The notes under the pieces are model-generated. The model ran no database searches. It worked only from the letters and a program-made list of their open reading frames with translations, and was not told the DNA's origin. Below are positions 33,628 to 36,479 of a stretch of 36,479 nucleotides of DNA, piece after piece; positions within the stretch are counted from its first letter, which is position 1, and every line of letters begins with the position of its first letter. Made by a program: the position numbers and the translations under genes. The stretch is taken from the NCBI GenBank assembly GCA_032718475.1, contig JAUCBJ010006453.1:1-36479 (forward strand), given 5' to 3'. The stretch is from Nemertoderma westbladi. Lineage: Eukaryota > Animalia > Xenacoelomorpha.

Positions 33628-34668
33628 ATGATAGAATTTCGAAAATTTCAACGTTGCTTCCAGATACCAATTTTACTCATAATCGGAGCACTTTTAGTTA
33701 TTTATATCTTATTTAAAGGTCCTGTTTATTACCAGTTGAACCTCCAACCGCAACGACACAATGCCAACGCGGCAGATAAAATTAAACTCATCGATCCACG
33801 GAACTCCCTACACGGATCCGATCTAGTCCGTAGCGCTACCGGTACTCACTTAGGCCTAGACGATGTATTCATCGCGGTACGAACGACCCACCGATTCCAC
33901 CGCTCACGACTCAATCTGCTACTCAAAACCTGGATTTCTAAGTCGGACAATTCTACATGGATTGTTACCGACAGGCTACCGACGCATGAGTTGGCAGGGC
34001 AACACATCGTCACTACCGGTTGCACCCCCAGACACACCCCTTCCGCTCTGTGTTGCCAGATGGGTAGCGAACTTACTACCTTCCTCTCCGAAGCTCCGCG
34101 GCTCTGGTTCTGCCACTTCGACGACGATAATTACGTAAACCTCCTCGCTTTGCTGGACCTCCTGCGGACTTTACCGGACCCGGAAACTGCATTCCATTAT
34201 GTCGGTCGCCCTTCCCTGGACCACAGAATCTCATCAACCGACAGACAGACGGACAAACCTGTCCGCTTCTGGTTCGCAACCGGAGGCGCGGGTTTCTGTT
34301 TGTCCCGAAGTCTCATATTCGCGATGCGTCGGTTCGTTATAGACCGGGAGTTTATCTCGAACTGCGAGCGCATCAGCCTCCCCGACGACTGCACCATCGG
34401 GTACCTCGCAGAAACGCTCCTCAACGCCTCGCTAAACAAACAGAACGCCTTCCATTCGCATCTCGAGCACCTCGGAACAATTAGTAACCAAAATATTGCC
34501 GATCAAATAAGTTTTAGTTATTCCTATAGAGAGGATAACCCCGCGCTACTCAATAGGGTTAATGTTAGCGGGATCTTCACAGAAGTCGAGGATCCGACAC
34601 GGTTCCTTTCTATTCATTGTATTCTCTACCCCAACGAATCCTGGTGCCCAAAAAAGCAAAGCAAATAA
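33628..34668 (+). CDS. fng: Fringe beta-1,3-N-acetylglucosaminyltransferase (GT31), single coding exon, 346 aa
   Basis: Type II membrane anchor (IPILLIIGALLVIYILF) followed by fringe motifs DVFIAVRTT..RL.LLLKTW, LCCQM, WFCHFDDDNYVN, YVGRPSL, FWFATGGAGFCLSR, LPDDCTIGY, FHSHLE, DPTRFLSIHC.LYP...WCP. Confidence 0.96.
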   Translation: MIEFRKFQRCFQIPILLIIGALLVIYILFKGPVYYQLNLQPQRHNANAADKIKLIDPRNSLHGSDLVRSATGTHLGLDDVFIAVRTTHRFHRSRLNLLLKTWISKSDNSTWIVTDRLPTHELAGQHIVTTGCTPRHTPSALCCQMGSELTTFLSEAPRLWFCHFDDDNYVNLLALLDLLRTLPDPETAFHYVGRPSLDHRISSTDRQTDKPVRFWFATGGAGFCLSRSLIFAMRRFVIDREFISNCERISLPDDCTIGYLAETLLNASLNKQNAFHSHLEHLGTISNQNIADQISFSYSYREDNPALLNRVNVSGIFTEVEDPTRFLSIHCILYPNESWCPKKQSK

Positions 34669-34755
34669 TTATAATTAATTTATTATTATTTGTAATATTC
34701 AAACTCATACATACACAATTTATTTCAGAATATTATTGTAACCGGATACACACAT

Positions 34756-34863
34756 GCAGAAAAGTAGAATAGAATCTACATTTATAAGACTAGATTTACT
34801 TTATAAAGAAGAATCTTAGTTTTATAGGATTTAGTTTTATAAAAGTAGATTCTACTTATCTGC
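34756..34863. repeat. Small imperfect inverted repeat (MITE relic) in the fringe 3' region
   Basis: gcagaaaagtagaat[agaat]ctacatttataagacta versus the reverse complement gcagataagtagaatctacttttataaaacta. Confidence 0.6.
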
Positions 34864-35561
34864 TAACGGGTGCAGACCCATTAGTTTGGGGAACCCAGAC
34901 GAGAGGCGTTGCTAAATTTATAATGTTTGGAATACCGTATTGGTGCAAAGGAAATATCAGTTTGTAATTTTGTCAACGAAAGAAAATTCTTCAAAATACA
35001 CCGACATGTCGGGACAATGTCGCCCGACATTGTTATTCGTGTATTTTCTGCCTCATTCACCACTCAACCGCGCCACAGTTACCGTGGTAACACATCTGTT
35101 ATGGTCACTGAGTGGTACGACACCATTTAGAGGCACCGTATTGATGCTGAATGTAACAAATCTATTTTTTTCAACTTGAAACATTTCTCGCTCTCCTCAA
35201 AACAAAACAAATTGGTTATTTTTCGAAACTTTTGGAAATAAATTACATAAAACTTGTTAAACTAACTTGTTTTCTTTCAGTTATTTATAGTTTTATTTTC
35301 TTGTAATAAATTAGCTTAAGACGGAGTTTCAAGAAATGCCTATTTTTAGATTTATAATAATATAATTAGGTCTATAATTTATTTTAATATTTAGATTTCC
35401 ACTGCATGATTTTGATTACTTAATATGGTCGAGATATTTATTAAGATATTTTAAATTTCAATATTTTTATTATGAAATATAATTAAAGAAGTTTAACATA
35501 ACGTGATACATATTTAATATACCCAGTTGTACAGTACAGTATAAAATAACATCTCCACAGT

Positions 35562-35930
35562 CTAGTGTTTAAACGGGATCCCGGTAAACAATGCAATCCC
35601 GGTCCCAATCCCGATCCCGAGTTTTTTTTGGACATGGATCCCGAAGTATAAATATCTGATAAATAGCTCCAGCAGAACGGAAATGTTTTCTGATTACATC
35701 GAATTTTTATGTCAGTAAACCATCCAGTAATCAATTGGAAAATAATTCTCATACAACTTTATCTTACTAATATATCAGAAGTGTAAAATAAAGTTAGTGT
35801 CACCCAAAACCCGCCTCATATTTAAATTAATAACTTAAAGGAATTTAATCCAAAATTGCAATACCGATCCCGAAAAACGGGATCCCGGGAGTGATAATCC
35901 TGGAAAAGTCTGATCCGGTTTAAACACTAG
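35562..35930. mobile_element. hAT-like MITE relic with subterminal (G)ATCCCG motifs
   Basis: TIR CTAGTGTTTAAACGGGATC / GATCCGGTTTAAACACTAG and repeated atcccg/cgggat motifs; no TSD recognisable. Confidence 0.65.
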
Positions 35931-36405
35931 GCCTTGTCGAGAATGTTGGTGTAACTTTTTGTAATTGAAGGTATAGGTGTAATCTTAATAATGGCTTAAT
36001 AATTATGCAATGTGTCTGTACTTTATGCAATCAATAAACAATTATAATATTCCGTAATTTATTCCAAGTTTTGTTTATTAATTATTATTGTTAAAGTTAA
36101 ATATAATTGTGTCTCACTGGGCAGAGCGTTTAATTAATAATGATTCCGGATTTATTGTTTTACTATTAGGTTAGAAACTTTTACTTCTGAAACAACGTAA
36201 TAATAATTATAATATTGTCTATTTTTCTATATTAATTATTGTTCGCTCTGAACTTATATGATTTTATATTGTGGTTGAATGGTTTTATATATACTTTTTC
36301 GAAGTTTTCTAGAAATTTACTGTTTGATTTTAAATAATGTTCTAAGTTTGAATAATATTGTTTTCTGTGGACGAATATTTTAGTTTCGTTGAGGTGGGTA
36401 ACAAG

Positions 36406-36432
36406 CCCCCCCCCCCCCCCCCCCCCCCCCCC
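36406..36432. repeat. Poly-C tract
   Basis: Read directly. Confidence 0.8.
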
Positions 36433-36479
36433 ACCCACGGATAAATTTCAGAAATATTTTATTGCGTACAGAGCAGAAT

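Overview
AT-rich eukaryotic (animal, probably invertebrate) genomic DNA. It holds two host genes pointing away from each other across about 20 kb of repeats. (1) On the minus strand, a three-exon gene (12956-12561, 9777-5961, 3223-2118; splice phases agree; 1772 aa) encodes a secreted Cys-rich protein. Its parts are a signal peptide, a Ser/Pro/Gln/Asn-rich linker, 32 tandem EGF-like repeats in one exon, a TILa-like module plus another EGF, three 4-cysteine ShKT-like domains and two resistin/PCSK9-C-terminal-like modules. (2) On the plus strand is an intronless fringe glycosyltransferase (33628-34668). Between and within them lie an RTE-group LINE (one 5'-truncated copy with most of ORF2 and one rearranged intronic copy), a 23-bp hairpin minisatellite and a 2.2-kb G-rich 15-bp minisatellite. 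There is also a 10.3-kb palindromic satellite with nested periods (32/52, 148, 708, 2916 bp), a foldback element with a 6-bp TSD that carries two divergent tRNA-derived heads, and several small MITEs. Most ORFs in the supplied track between 15.4-17.6 kb and 20.9-31.2 kb are repeat artefacts. All domain and family calls are by-eye motif recognition, not database results.
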